A DNA stretch of 64,000 nt from Octopus bimaculoides (taxonomy: Eukaryota), in assembly GCF_001194135.2 (NCBI RefSeq), contig NC_068994.1, positions 28,504,047 through 28,568,046 of the forward strand, given 5' to 3'. Below the pieces are notes generated by a model. The model saw only the letters and a program-made list of their open reading frames with translations. It searched no databases and was not told where the DNA came from. This document shows, one piece after another, positions 11,836 through 24,620 of the stretch. Positions within the stretch are counted from its first letter, which is position 1. Every line of letters begins with the position of its first letter. A program made the position numbers and the translations under genes.

Positions 11836-13258
11836 GTAAAGTATTCTACTGTTGAACTATTTTCTCTTATAATCTTTGACTAATTGTGAAGATAGACTCA
11901 GCAGATACCATATTATGCTCAAGAAGATTAATTTTGATTGAATATACTTTGAGAAGAGTAAATATTGTAAAAGTCTATACTACCAGGTTTAACATGAATC
12001 TTGATTGTAGGGCCTAAATTATCCTAAAAACTTTAGAGTAACATGTAACATGCAGTGTTGCATATTTCCTACAAAAGTATATCATCTATTTTAATCTAGT
12101 CAGTAGCTGACTTCCATTTTTGTGGCCCTAAAGTTTGAACTATTACATCCCACACCCTCCACTCTTGTAGGATAATTATAGAATATCTTTCAGCAAGGTG
12201 TGAAAGGCCCTACTACCCATGCAAGGACTTTGAAGCCCAAAGGATGGAAAATGTCGAGACTGGGTGAAATCTATGGGAAAGAAGGGCCATGCAGTGAGCC
12301 TCTTTCTCCCAGTAACATGCACTGGGTGATCACTGTTACCTTTTTCAATATGTTTGTTCCATGACAGATTATTAGGAATTTTAAAATAAAATTTAACCAG
12401 TACATCTCAACTTTTGGTTTAAATTGCTGTACCGTGTTACCTCTCATATCAGAGTTACTTATACCTTTTAAGATATGGAAGGATGAAAATTAGGCATTAT
12501 TTATGCTTGATGATGTGTAGATTATTGAAATAAAACACATCAAAGACCAGAGTTAATATAATCTTTCATTTTAAACACCTGTGGGAATACATTCTACCTG
12601 AACCACATTTTACAAACTAGTCTTTTTTTCTGCAATGTATTCATGTAAACTTTTATCATACTAAGAGTTTCCTTGCAATGTCATTCTTTACAGACTATAT
12701 GGATAAAGAATTTAAGTGCTCTTCAGTAATAGTAGAGTGAAATTTGTTCTTTATAAAGACTATCTTTGAGGAATTATTTTCTGCTTCACAGCTCATGATA
12801 GACATTGTCAAGTACATTGTATGTCCTTGTAGATGAACACAACCAAGTGTATGCACATATTCATTTAAAGTATCTCAGATCAAGAATCTTTTGAACATCT
12901 TACAAATTTTTGTTGTGCTACTAACAGATTGGATTTTTTTATGCAGATCCATAGATACATAGCTTAATGCACTTATGATGATATGTAAAATTGAAAATTT
13001 ATAGCCAAGATTCAAGAGCTATATATTTTACATTAGTTTATCATAAATCTTCCCTTTTACCAGAACGTTTGAGGCCACATTCACATCTACATGCCTCGTG
13101 TAATCCCTTTATGTATGAAAAGAAAGAAACCCTGTATTTCAACAATTAGTCCAAATAATAGATATACTATCTAGCATATTCATTAGGTCAGTTAATACAA
13201 TTACAGTAATATTGTTTGTTCTCTTATTTTCCTTTTAATTTTCTTTCTGTTTCTGAAG

Positions 13259-13339
13259 AGTGTTGAAGTAGCTGAAGAAGCCATCACTCTGCCTGATAAA
13301 GTAATTACAGAACCTGAGGAAATAGATATACAATTGAAA
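13259..13339 (+). CDS. MRPL9: MRPL9 coding exon 6
   Basis: TTCTGAAG|AGT...AAA|GTAAGC; SVEVAEEAITLPDKVITEPEEIDIQLK resembles [26 protein letters not shown]. Confidence 0.85.
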
Positions 13340-13652
13340 GTAAGCTTGTGTTTTCAAGTTACTTCTAGAAGATCACCGCCAGTTTTATTGTTGTTATTTA
13401 TATATCTTGTCTGTATTTCTCTACTGTTACTCTATCTCTACTAAAACAATGGTGAAAACTAAGTTTTAGTCTTAATTTTGCCTTTTCTGTTTCATTACAT
13501 GCTTTGACTTCTTATACTAACTGGATGTATTAATATTAAGCTAGTTGTTGAACCAAACACGCTGTTTAAAGAAATGCATGTACTTTTATTTCACACACAC
13601 ACACATGTACACACCAGATACCTGTGACTGTATTTACTCCTTTACATTTCAG

Positions 13653-13790
13653 ATGAATGGTAAAGAAGAGGTGACGGTGAAATGCCTCATTATTTTGAAA
13701 CATAAAGATCCTTCGAAAGATGTTATTCCTACCGACTTACCAACCATGTTAAAAAAAGAAAAGAAGCACAGACAAATATGGGAAGTTTAA
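13653..13790 (+). CDS. MRPL9: MRPL9 last coding exon
   Basis: TTTCAG|ATG AAT GGT; MNGKEEVTVKCLII resembles VNGLDTVRVPMSVV; TAA at 13788-13790. Exon lengths sum to 732 nt = 243 aa plus stop. Confidence 0.85.
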   Translation: MNGKEEVTVKCLIILKHKDPSKDVIPTDLPTMLKKEKKHRQIWEV

Positions 13791-14229
13791 AGTTGCTATA
13801 TATTTGCTAATTAGAGAGGTTTTTTTTTGTTTGTTTTTAAATTAAATCATTTAAAAAAGTATCATTGTAGTTTCTTGTTTTTTTAATATTTCTTTAAATT
13901 TTGTTTTTGTTTTGCTTTTGTTATAAAGTACACTTGTTTGTTTTTTAACACTTTTAGATGTGCCTGTCTAAGGTGAATCAATTTTCATAGAGGTTTTATA
14001 ACATTGCTGCAATATGCCATGGACATAAAGCATAACATTTTATTTGTGAGTGTATATAATGTGTTCATCTGTAACTGATATATATTTAACCTGCTTACTC
14101 TTCTTTCCTCTTCTTTGTTCTCATTAGAGACTAGCAAGAAATTCAATATCTCTAACCATAGTGAAGGTATCTGTCTTGAAAGTTAGATTCTCCCTACCCA
14201 CCCTTAAACTAAAAAACAGGACACAGAAA

Positions 14230-14380
14230 GTGTCCTTCACAAGGAAGTAGATTGGGAAAGTCGTTAGACTCTTGGGCCAGAATGCTTCACAGTATTTGCT
14301 CTGACTCTCAGCACTCTCAGTCCAAATCCCTCCCTGGTCAACTTTGCCTTTCATGTTTTCAGGGTTAATGGTAGATTGGC
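14230..14380 (-). mobile_element. SINE family A fragment abutting the truncated LINE
   Basis: Reverse complement reads ATGAAAGGCAAAGTTGACCAGGGAGGGATTTGGACTGAGAG, a decayed form of the SINE core seen at 41050-41100. Confidence 0.65.
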
Positions 14381-14399
14381 AGAACTTAGGTCAAGAGGG

Positions 14400-17300
14400 A
14401 CACCTGGCAGTATCTGTTCTGGCATTTTGTAGGGCAGAACATCTATCCCCAGCGACTTGTCCCTGGCGCATTCAGCCAGCACCTCCTTGACCTCCTTGGC
14501 TGTGATCGACCCTTCACAGCACCTCGCCTCCCGTATCAAGAGTCGCGACCTGCCGGCGAGGAAGTCGCTTAGGGGCTTCCCACGGTCCGTCGCATTGCTC
14601 TCCCTGAACAACCGGGCGAAATGCTGATGAAAAGCCTTCCGCATCTCTTCTTGTCCTTCGATCTTACGATCCTGCTTGTCAATTAAAGACTTTATAGAGG
14701 CTTCTCTGCCTCTACAACTCTCCACACGACGAGCCCATCCGGCAACGTTAATGCCCTTTCCCCCCACTGCACGTAACTTAGACCTGACTCTACACCCTTT
14801 GTGTTTGGCTTTGAGGTGGCGGAACAAGACCGCCTTTGCCACCATCACTCTAGATGCAGAGCCAGATTCCATGGCCTCTTCTAATTCCTTAGCTAATTTC
14901 CCTTCTATTCTAGTCTTTTCTAAACATGGCTGTTTACTAAATCTAACAGACTCTGAATGAATGGTTCGTTTGAGGGCGCACCACCATCTATTATTGATGA
15001 TGGTGCCACATAATGCCCTCTGAACTAATTTCTTAACCCAGGCCCGGAAGGCTTTACAAATCAAGATAGACTTGTTTAGCTTCCAGTACCCTGGTCCCTA
15101 TCTATGACACTTAACTAAGTACACCTTACATGTCACAAATTTGTGGTCCATGTAAGGGACGCAGTTGAAACGTGGACAACTATCCTTATCTCTATTTCTA
15201 TCAAGATAAGACCTGTGTGAACTGTCGTTATTAGACCACGTCCACTGTGAAACGAGCGGTTCATCCAGTCTATGGCGGTTTACTAAGTCATGGCTTGTTA
15301 GTAGCCTTTTGAGATCAGGATTTCCCCTTCTGTTTGCCAAGCCAACACTATCCACCCGTGCATCGAGTATAGTGATAAAGTCTCCTGTTAAAACTAGAGT
15401 CTTAGACGTTACCAAGAAATTCTCCAAGTCATGGAAAAAACCAGCTTGCCTACACTCTTTCGGAGCATAGAGAGCTACCAACCTGAAAGACTGCTTACTT
15501 ACATGTGTCACATCTAGGACGACCAGCCTACCTTCTGGGTCCAGAAAGACTGTACTTACCTGTACATCCAAGCTTTTTCTGAACAAAACCACCATGCCCG
15601 CGCCTCCCCGACAACTAGGAGAAATAAATTTCTCATAGCTACTTAGAAGAAGTCAGAACGTATGTGGCTCATTCATCTTGGACTCAGTTACCACACATAT
15701 ATCCAAATCTAGTGACCTGAGGTCGTTCAGGAGACAGATTTGTTTCCATCTCGACCCCAAGCCACGTACATTTATACACCCTACTTTAATCTCCATGGAA
15801 GAATTTAAAACAGCAAAAGAAACTTACGTTTTTACGTTTTCGGGAGGGGCTGCACTAATTTTGGCAGTCTCTCCCTCTTTTTCTCTCTGGGGTGCAACCT
15901 CTAGCATTTTCTGGACGACTTCTTTAGTCATGTCCAGCAAATCACTGGGATACCTTTTTTTTACATGATTCGTAAAGTTCATCGTCTATAACTTTTGCCA
16001 GCCTAATATGGGCTGGCATGTCTTGTAACAATGCTTATATATGAACACCTGCAGGTGTCCTCCAAAAATTCTAGCCATTACTTGGTTTTATCGTTGTATT
16101 TTATAAATCTCTCTTTTGAGGGGGGGGTCTATTTGGGAGTGGACTGGGGAAATTTCTTGTGTGCCTGTGGTTATTGCTTTCTTTGTTATGGGAGGGGAGT
16201 CAGGGGCTGGGGCTTTTTTCCTTTTATATGTCACAACTGTGTAATCCATCTCTTCCGTTTTATCTTGTTGACTTCCTTTATCCCCATCATTTGTTTTCTG
16301 TGATTTATTTTCCTCCTCTTTGTCTCTTTCTCCGGTTTTCCTGTTTTTGTCTCCTCCTCCTTGTTGGTTTCTATACCTTTTTCTTTTAGGGGAGGGACAT
16401 CTACCTTTTTTGTCTTTTTTACATTTTCGCAGTCTGACCTCACGTGTCCCTTCTCGCCACACTTAAAACACCTTGGTCTTCAACCTTCCACCGAGACATG
16501 GACACTTAGTCCCTCCCCTATAAAGATTCGATTGGGCCTTGGTTTCAGAACCTCATTTGGGGCCTGTATGACAATTTCCAGGGTTTAGCCTTTCCAATTA
16601 ATGGCTACCCTCCTCCTCATTTGTAGTATAGTTATTTCCTCCTCGGCGTCATAGATAACTGCAGCGGCCAACCATGACACCTCGTACCCCATTGGTATTT
16701 CCTCTATTGTGATTTTTGCTCTCCTCCTTCCTAAATATGTCGGAAGGAGGATTATTTCGTCGTTCCTTAATATTTGAGTTGATATTTGCTTTGCCATTTC
16801 GGCATCTTTAAAATGCGCCTCCACTGTAGCACTTCTCACTCCTTTTCCTATGTACACGATTTTGTCCCATATGGGCACCAGACACTTTTCCACTGTTTCA
16901 TTTTTTGTAGGCATTAATCTCTATACCTTTTTATTGTAAATTTTATAGAACACTTTGTATAGTCTCTGGTGGTGGCAAGAGTTTAGTGAGACTTCTTGTC
17001 TTCTTTATAAGATTTCTGAACTTGAACAATTGTTCCTTTGTAATGTTCATATCTATAAAGTTGCCTCCAACGGCTGCTGAAAAACTTGGTTTTTCACCTT
17101 CATTTGCTTCAATATTTCTTTGCATTGAGGGGAAATCTTTATTTGATTTTAAATCAAATTCTTTTTTTTTTTTAGACACAATATTGTCTTTACAGACAAC
17201 AACATAGAAAAAATACACTTTCTGTCACAAATGATAAAAGTAGAAAAATATATTTCACCCTGTACCGGGCAAAGTTCACAATAATCAATTAACAACAATT

Positions 17301-17470
17301 TTCCGTCCTGTAGGGCAAAAACACCGTCGAAATGACATCAAAAGTTTGATTCACACAGGAATCCACAGAACAACAAACAGTATAACAATTGACAAAAATC
17401 ACCAACAGAAAAATGAGACTCACACTAGCAAAGATTCCAGCAGCAAACGATATAGCAAAGCAAGGCAACT
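14400..17470 (-). mobile_element. Tx1/L1-clade LINE, copy 1 (5'UTR, ORF1, endonuclease; truncated at RT start)
   Basis: ORF1 pieces 16943-17218, 16585-16914 and 16088-16462; ORF2 start MEIKVGCINVRGL; APE motifs ALYAP, LTGDF, WTWSN, DHKFV (15098-15595); GPGYWKLN; ends at the KSLGIDVLPY (KSPGxDGLP) motif. Confidence 0.9.
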
Positions 17471-17474
17471 CTGA

Positions 17475-18037
17475 ACAAACTTATCAAGCGATAGCTTTAT
17501 GTGAAATTCAGTCAACAACATTGACTGATTTGCGCCAGTAGATTGCTCGATCAAGGAAAATAACGAAATGTTAGCACCAAGCAGTGTTTAGGCATAAGCA
17601 AAATTTAGGTTAGTTAAAATATGTTTGTGACATATTTCAACTCCTTAAAGGCAAATTCACTACAGTTACCATGGAGAAATATCTTTCTTATGGTAAAAAG
17701 ATTGTGAAAACACCCGGTTTGTTCTGTGTCGCCATCTATTAGGAATCCCAGACATTGATGTTTTGAGTTTTTTGACTCGTCAATGGGATGTACTTAAGAG
17801 AGGCAACTTTAAGTTTGTTCAGAGTTGCCTCTCTTAGGTACATCCCATTGACAAGAGTCAAAAAACTTGTAACATTGATATCTAGGATTCCTGATAGAAG
17901 GCGACACAGAACTAACCGGATGTTTTCACTTTATTACCATAAGAGAGATATTTTCTCCACAGTAACTGCAGCGAATTTGCCTTTTAACAGTTAAGATATG
18001 TCACAAATATATTTTAACTCACCTAAATTTTGCTTAT
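17475..18037. repeat. Foldback / long inverted repeat (arms ~215 bp)
   Basis: 17594-17808 pairs with 17823-18037 across a 14-nt spacer; 17475-17593 matches the remainder of the unit seen at 56650-56780. Confidence 0.85.
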
Positions 18038-18249
18038 ACATATATATAATTGGTGTTTCATAAGCATAAAAGCATATGTCTCACCCATCAGCTTTACATA
18101 AGTAAACATTAGCTACTTTTGTCCAGAAATTCAGATCCTTATTAGTTGATAAGTTTGGTTTCCATTGGATTTAGACTGTTACTGAGTTATAACAAACCAC
18201 TATTAGATTGTAAGGCAGCACAAGGTTGTAAGGGAGTTAACTCTTTGAT

Positions 18250-19080
18250 AGTTCCAGATTTTAGTTTTGACTTGGTTTAAATTATCTCAGGAGAAATGTT
18301 TGTCTGTAATGACAGTTGATAATCTCAGATTTCCAGTTGAAGAATACTGCAAGCTGTTTCAGGAAATGAAGATTCTCAGTGAGCCAGAACTTGCAATTAT
18401 GTATTCCACTGGAGTTTGGAGGAGTACTGTCACTGATGTCCCAAGTTACAGTGGATTAAGAACGGAAGTGGAGTTTACTTGTCTCTAGACCTAAAGTAGT
18501 GCAGGTGTTATGTTGTCCTTTGAAGTTGTAGATATTGAGTCCCATATAATTCCTCTGGTTACCATCTAGTGACTGAATGTAACTCTATATACAATGGTTT
18601 TCGATAGATAGACTCCCCCAGTATACATGTGGCTTGATTTTAACAAGTGCAGGTGAGATGCTGGGCAGCATCAATATATCATTTCAGTTATAATGTATAA
18701 TGCTGGATGTGGCATTATCCAGGCAAGAATAGCTTCAATGTTGTATGCATTGAAAAGTTTGCCATATTTGCATTGAGTCAGGAAGTGGTGTCTCATGAGA
18801 AATAAAAAGTTCCGAGCAACAATTGTAGTGACAGCTAAACTGTGTAGATGATTAAACCAAGTTACTTTCAGCCTCCTGGTTCTCTTTGGATTTAGGATGA
18901 GAAGGGATTTCTCTATCTACATTATATTCTCACTAAAACCATTCCTGCTAAGGCCTTATTATTGTAGAGTCTACTCTGCTGAAAATTTCCTTATTAGAAG
19001 ATATGGTGAAGATGTTTGCTCAGGACCCGAAGAGAATCAGGTGAGACTTCCATCACTTCCTGATCACTTTCTTTGTTAAA
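18250..19080 (-). mobile_element. Decayed Penelope-like element (linker and GIY-YIG endonuclease region)
   Basis: Minus-strand frames give RTRRLKVTWFNHLHSLAVTTIVARNFLFLMRHHF...KYGKLFNAYNIE, YSCLDNATSSIIHYN, ENYMGL..YNFK and CKFWLTEN...KSEIINCHYRQTFLL, collinear with Penelope RNIIWFNPP...HF...KIFN...SYSCM.N...YIG...C.LCL.EK. Confidence 0.75.
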
Positions 19081-20339
19081 TTTCCCCCCCCCCTCTCTAT
19101 TCTCATATGTCTGCATAAATGTAAAAAGGTTTGACAGGTAAGAAAGTCTTGATCCCACTCTATAAAACTGAAATTTTGGTTCAGTGATTGGAAGTTTCCA
19201 TCTCTGCTTCATTCACCTGCTTATGTTTCTTGTCTTTACCCCTTCTACAAAAACCTAAACATGAAAATGTTCAGAAAATAAAGTATTCATAGATACCATC
19301 TGCATGAAAAAACAACAACAGTGAGTTAGTGTTAACATATTTAATGTAGGGAACCTCAAAAAATTAAGTCTTTAGTCCAGAAGAATAATGACTAATAGTG
19401 TTATCAGTCTTGTAGCAGGCATGGGAGTCAACTCTAGCTATATTTCAATATCATTCTGACCTCATCATTGAAGCATAAACCTTCACCATAATTGCTGAAA
19501 CAGTGGTAAATATTTCAGTAAGTAAATTATTGTATATTGTAAGAAACTAGAAGTGTTTAGAGAATAAGTGCTTTAGAAATACCCTTTACTTGAAAAGCAA
19601 TAAATAAATTTGTTCATTCATTCTATGTCCATTTTTTCATGCTAGCATAGATTGAATAATTACTTATTCATCCATTGTTTTACAGTTAGATGTTCTTATT
19701 TTGTGAACCCTTCCATGGATTATTGAAAAAGCTCACTAGAAATAATTAAGTATTGAGGTAAAAACAATATTACATAGTCACAGTTAGTATTAGGGACTGC
19801 CCACCCTGTATCACTTTTAATTCTCTTCTTCATAAGTTGCTATATCTATTAAACAAGAGAGAAATTCTTTTATACTGATGAGTTTCTTCAAGACAGATGC
19901 CTTCACTTATAAATTTAGCTTCATAAGACACTAACGTTAAATTCAACTTTACGATGAAAGTAAACAAAGTTTGTTCTTTTTTAGAAGCGTTGAGATGTAT
20001 TGTAAGATACAGAAATAAATTTATTTCTCAAACCCGTGATAATGCTATAAATAGCGTGATCAGGATAAATTATCCATTTATTGCAGAAAATTTATAAGTT
20101 CTAAAATTGCACAAGAATTTGTTGCTGGGCAGTTTAGTTTAATGGTAAAANNNNNNNNNNNNNNNNNNNNNNNNNNNNNNNNNNNNNNNNNNNNNNNNNN
20201 NNNNNNNNNNNNNNNNNNNNNNNNNNNNNNNNNNNNNNNNNNNNNNNNNNNNNNNNNNNNNNNNNNNNNNNNNNNNNNNNNNNNNNNNNNNNNNNNNNNN
20301 NNNNNNNNNNNNNNNNNNNNNNNNNNNNNNNNNNNNNNN

Positions 20340-22915
20340 NNNNATATTATTGGAAACAACTGCTATTGGACTTCTTGTGATTTGAATTCTTTGATTTTTT
20401 ACTCTTTGCAGGGTAAAAAATATTATTTTTGTCAATAATTTTGGCAAAAATTATTTTTTCTCAAAAAAAATATTTTTGTCAATTTGTATATTCCTTTTTA
20501 AGGAATTTATTTGATCTATTAAATTACATTATGGAAACAAGTGTTTATGGAAACAAGTGTTTATGGAAAAACCCGATTTTTCTGCCGCCATAGGCGGTAA
20601 AATGATAACGCCAGAGGTGATGATGGCTGAATTGTTTAGGTATAGAAATCTCCTCTATAGGAAATTGTATAAAATATAGCTGTGAGAACAGTAGTATACA
20701 AAATGTATAACGTAAAGGAAAAATGAATTGGAACTTGTAAAAGTGAAATAATTGAAAGGTGTCTGGTACCTGTATGGAATAAAATTGTGTACATTGGATG
20801 TGGTAGAAGGAATGCTACAGTAGAAGCACAATTTGCTAATGAGAACTCAGCTAAGGAGTTACCAACAAGAACACTAAAACATGAGGAAATAATTTTGCTA
20901 CCAACGTATTTGGGTAGAAGAATGGCAAAAATTACTGTAGAAGATATACGTAATTTGGATAGCAACAGCCATAACTTATGATATGGAGGAAAAAATGTCT
21001 ATTTTAGAGATGAAGAGGAAAGAGGCCAAAAATTGAAAAGGGCAGACTCTTGAGGTCAGGGCTCAAGCCACCCCTAAAGTACTAGAAGAGCTGCCCAATA
21101 GGATATTTATAGGGGAGGGGCTGGGTGCGAGAGTTGTAGTAGAGGGGCATTGGCCATGCTGCTTTAAGTGCAGCAAAGAGGGTTACAACTGCTCTGAATG
21201 CAAGCCTGAAGAAAAAAAGAGTGAAGCCCCTCCCCAAAAAGAACCACTAGAGACAGGAGAAAAAGAGAAACAAGAACTGAAAAGACAAGAAAGAACACAA
21301 GAAAAAACACAAGAGAAAACACAGNNNNNNNNNNNNNNNNNNNNNNNNNNNNNNNNNNNNNNNNNNNNNNNNNNNNNNNNNNNNNNNNNNNNNNNNNNNN
21401 NNNNNNNNNNNNNNNNNNNNNNNNNNNNNNNNNNNNNNNNNNNNNNNNNNNNNNNNNNNNNNNNNNNNNNNNNNNNNNNNNNNNNNNNNNNNNNNNNNNN
21501 NNNNNNNNNNNNNNNNNNNNNNNNNNNNNNNNNNNNNNNNNNNNNNNNNNNNNNNNNNNNNNNNNNNNNNNNNNNNNNNNNNNNNNNNNNNNNNNNNNNN
21601 NNNNNNNNNNNNNNNNNNNNNNNNNNNNNNNNNNNNNNNNNNNNNNNNNNNNNNNACAGACACACACGAAAAAACCCCACACCATCTCCTTGTTAAAACC
21701 CACTGCCAAACCCCACCCCAAGGCACAAGAAAAAATTGTGTCCTCTAATGAAAAAGAATGAGGTACTATCAAGAGTGATAAGAGCTATTACAAAGCTTGG
21801 GTTTATAAAGACAACAAGGACATGCCGCCTCACATCCGAATTGTGAGGATGGAGGCAGGATTATTCAAAGAACTAAAAGAAACATATCCTAATGACTTAA
21901 AAGATATAAGTCAAGAGATGGCCAGTAGAATTTTTATGGTCAGTCCAGTGGCTACACTGCAAAAGAAAAAGGATGGAGAGGAAGCTGAATTCTTGCAGCC
22001 CCTCCTCAAACTTAAAATGTAAGTAAGTATACTTTACTATGGAGATTAAGCTAGGGTGTGTAAATGCGTGTGGCCTGGGGTCGAAATGGAAACAGACTTG
22101 TCTCCTGAATGACCTTAGGTCACTAGATATAGATGTATGTGTTGTGACTGAGTCCAAGCATTCTCGCCTCTTCTAAATGACTACGAGAAATTTATTTTTC
22201 CTAGTCAGCTGGGAGGCAGGGGTGTAGTGGTCTTATTCAGGAAAAACTTGGATGTGCAGATAAGTACAGCCTTTCTGGACCCAGAAGGTAGGCTGGTCAT
22301 TCTGGATGTAACACATGTAAATAAACAGTCCTTCAGGTCGATAGCTGTCTACGCACCAAAAGAGTGTAGACAGGCTGGTTTTTACCAGGTCCTGGAGAAC
22401 TTCTTAGTGACATCAAAAACTCTAGTTGTACTAGGAGACTTTAACACTATTCTTGATGCACGGGTGGATAGTGTTGGCTTGACTGATAGAAGTGGAAACC
22501 CTGGCCTAAAAAGGCTACTAGAAAGCTATAATCTAGTAGACCAATATAGACTGGATGAACCACTTGTTCCTCAGTGGATGTAGACTAATAACGACGGTTC
22601 ACTCAGATCTTATATAGATAGGATATTTGTTAGGAATATAGATAGGAATATGTTTAGTTGTTCACGTTTTTGTTGCGTCCCTTACATGGATCACAAGTTT
22701 GTGACATTGAGGTGTACCTAGATAAGTGTCATAGGCAGGGACCAGGGTACTGGAAGATGAACAAGTCTATTTTGACTTGTAAAACCTTCCATGCCCAGGT
22801 TAAGGAGTTAGTGAAGAGGGCATTAACCGGTGCCATTATTAATAATAGGTGGTGGTGTGCCCTCAACCAAGCCATTCGTTCTGAGTTTATTAGATTTACT
22901 GCTATTTCTAGCCAA
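20340..22915 (+). mobile_element. Tx1/L1-clade LINE, copy 2 (gapped, 3'-truncated)
   Basis: EKPDFSAAIGG and ORF1 segments homologous to copy 1; ORF2 start MEIKLGCVNA near 22038; endonuclease 22227-22583; GPGYWKMN...IINNRWW; similarity ends near 22915. Confidence 0.9.
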
Positions 22916-23233
22916 TGAAGTGACTTCATAAAAATTCCCTCATTGGATCAAGGTCAGAGACTATCATTTGGTTTCCTCTACACAAGGCATCCTGATACTT
23001 GTCTGTTAATCTCCATCCCATTTCTTTTCTCAATAATCTGTGTAAGTTCAGTTCTGATGTCAGATTTAGGAAAAATCTTACATGATAACAGATTAAGTTC
23101 ATGAAAACACCCCAAAGAAAGCTACCAGGACTCCCACAGCAACATACTCAAACTTTGTCCCACAGACATGATGCCTCTTCATTCTTCTACTTCTACAATG
23201 ACCTCTTCTCCTTAAAACTAGCTAGTTGTTGTG

Positions 23234-23283
23234 CACTACTACTACTACTACTATTACTATTACTACTACTACTACTACTACTA
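23234..23283. repeat. (CTA)n microsatellite
   Basis: Visible directly. Confidence 0.9.
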
Positions 23284-24099
23284 ACCTGATACACTTATCT
23301 TGACTCTTTCCCTATCAAGCCTTGCATGAAGCACTGCAATTCCCTTTTACTCATTTCCTCCACAAATGTCAATGCAATCTGTTCAACATGAGCTTTATCA
23401 CTCTCGTCAGTTTTGGAGGACTTTCCAAGCTCATGATTATAGTTATTTATGCTGCCCCAGTAAAAGTAGTTGTCTCAACAGAAGTTATTTATGTCGTCCA
23501 AGCAGCAATAGCATAACTAGCACAAAGGGCAAGAAGTGTTTCGCACCCCGGATGATGCTTTTATGGGGCAGCATGATGTAGCTAGAGTGAGTGCCGCAGC
23601 GGGACCCCAAGCCTACACAGGACGGATCTGTTCAGTTTCGCTCACAGATTTAAAAATTATTTTTTTTTAACTAAACAGTTTGAAACTTCATATACTGATG
23701 TAATTTCTCATGCTGAACATGGTTCTCTTCCAACATTTTTGATAAAATTTCGTATCTTAGTAGTTATTTCGTATTAAAGTTGCCCTATTTGGGTAATTTT
23801 AACCAATCAAAGTGGATATGAAAAAAGAAAACAATTACTTATAAAGTTACAACTAAGAACCGTAAGAAGGTAGTAAAAATATCTTTTTATTTCGAGATTT
23901 GAAAATGAACTAAATATGGGACATTTTGGGTGTCCCTGAACGGTCAGTATGGGACAGGGGACAAAATTATCAAATATGGGCCATGTCCCGTATATAAGGA
24001 ACGTTTGGCCACCCTAACCTTGATATACAAAAAACCGGATGGTTGCAGCTGGAGCCCTTTTGAAAATAAGTATGAGGCAGGAACCAAAGAAGGAGGCTG

Positions 24100-24620
24100 C
24101 TTCGTAGTTGCGCGTCATGCTAGAAATAACTGTTACATCTTCAAATCATACCAAACCATTATAAAAGCAGCAATACGGAGGCTAATGTAGCTAGGAATAC
24201 ATTAAATAATGTAGCTGTAAGTTGAAAAAAATAAATAAATAAACAGGACAGTCAAGTCCGAAATGTCTTTGATCATAGTTCTGTAGCATCAGGGCTGACC
24301 TGGAACCCAACAATAACAGAAAGCTGTAATGATCACGACTGGAACGTTTTTGATCATAAATCTGCTAGATTAGGGCTGATATGCATTGGAAACATAAAAT
24401 GAAAATAAATACAAAAACAACGACTCCAGACTAGAAAGAACAGCCACAACAATGACAACTGACAAGATTGCTGACGGAACCGGAAGTGAAATTTATAAAT
24501 CAGCAACATTTGACGTTGTGCCTTTGTTGTTTTTAACTCATCGCTTATCATAGATACTCTGATAGTCCTGAATGTAGATACTCCTATATAAATTGAAACT
24601 CCTGGACAAACCTTTAAAGT
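24100..24620 (+). promoter_or_regulatory. Candidate ZNF promoter
   Basis: CCGGAAGTG ETS/GABP motif at 24480-24488 in a CpG-retaining patch about 2 kb upstream of the ZNF exons. Confidence 0.4.

Noticed and set aside
12190-12350. Intronic snoRNA or other ncRNA in MRPL9
   Set aside because: Slightly GC-richer patch, but I could not identify convincing C/D or H/ACA boxes or a fold.
14124-14400. ORF 14124-14354 and the tail of 14351-15064 as a LINE ORF2 C-terminus (internal deletion)
   Set aside because: The DNA is a SINE family A fragment, so the LINE is 3'-truncated rather than internally deleted.
18895-19045. Plus-strand exon-like segment with AG/GT borders
   Set aside because: The opposite strand is collinear with a Penelope ORF, and no host gene frame connects to it.
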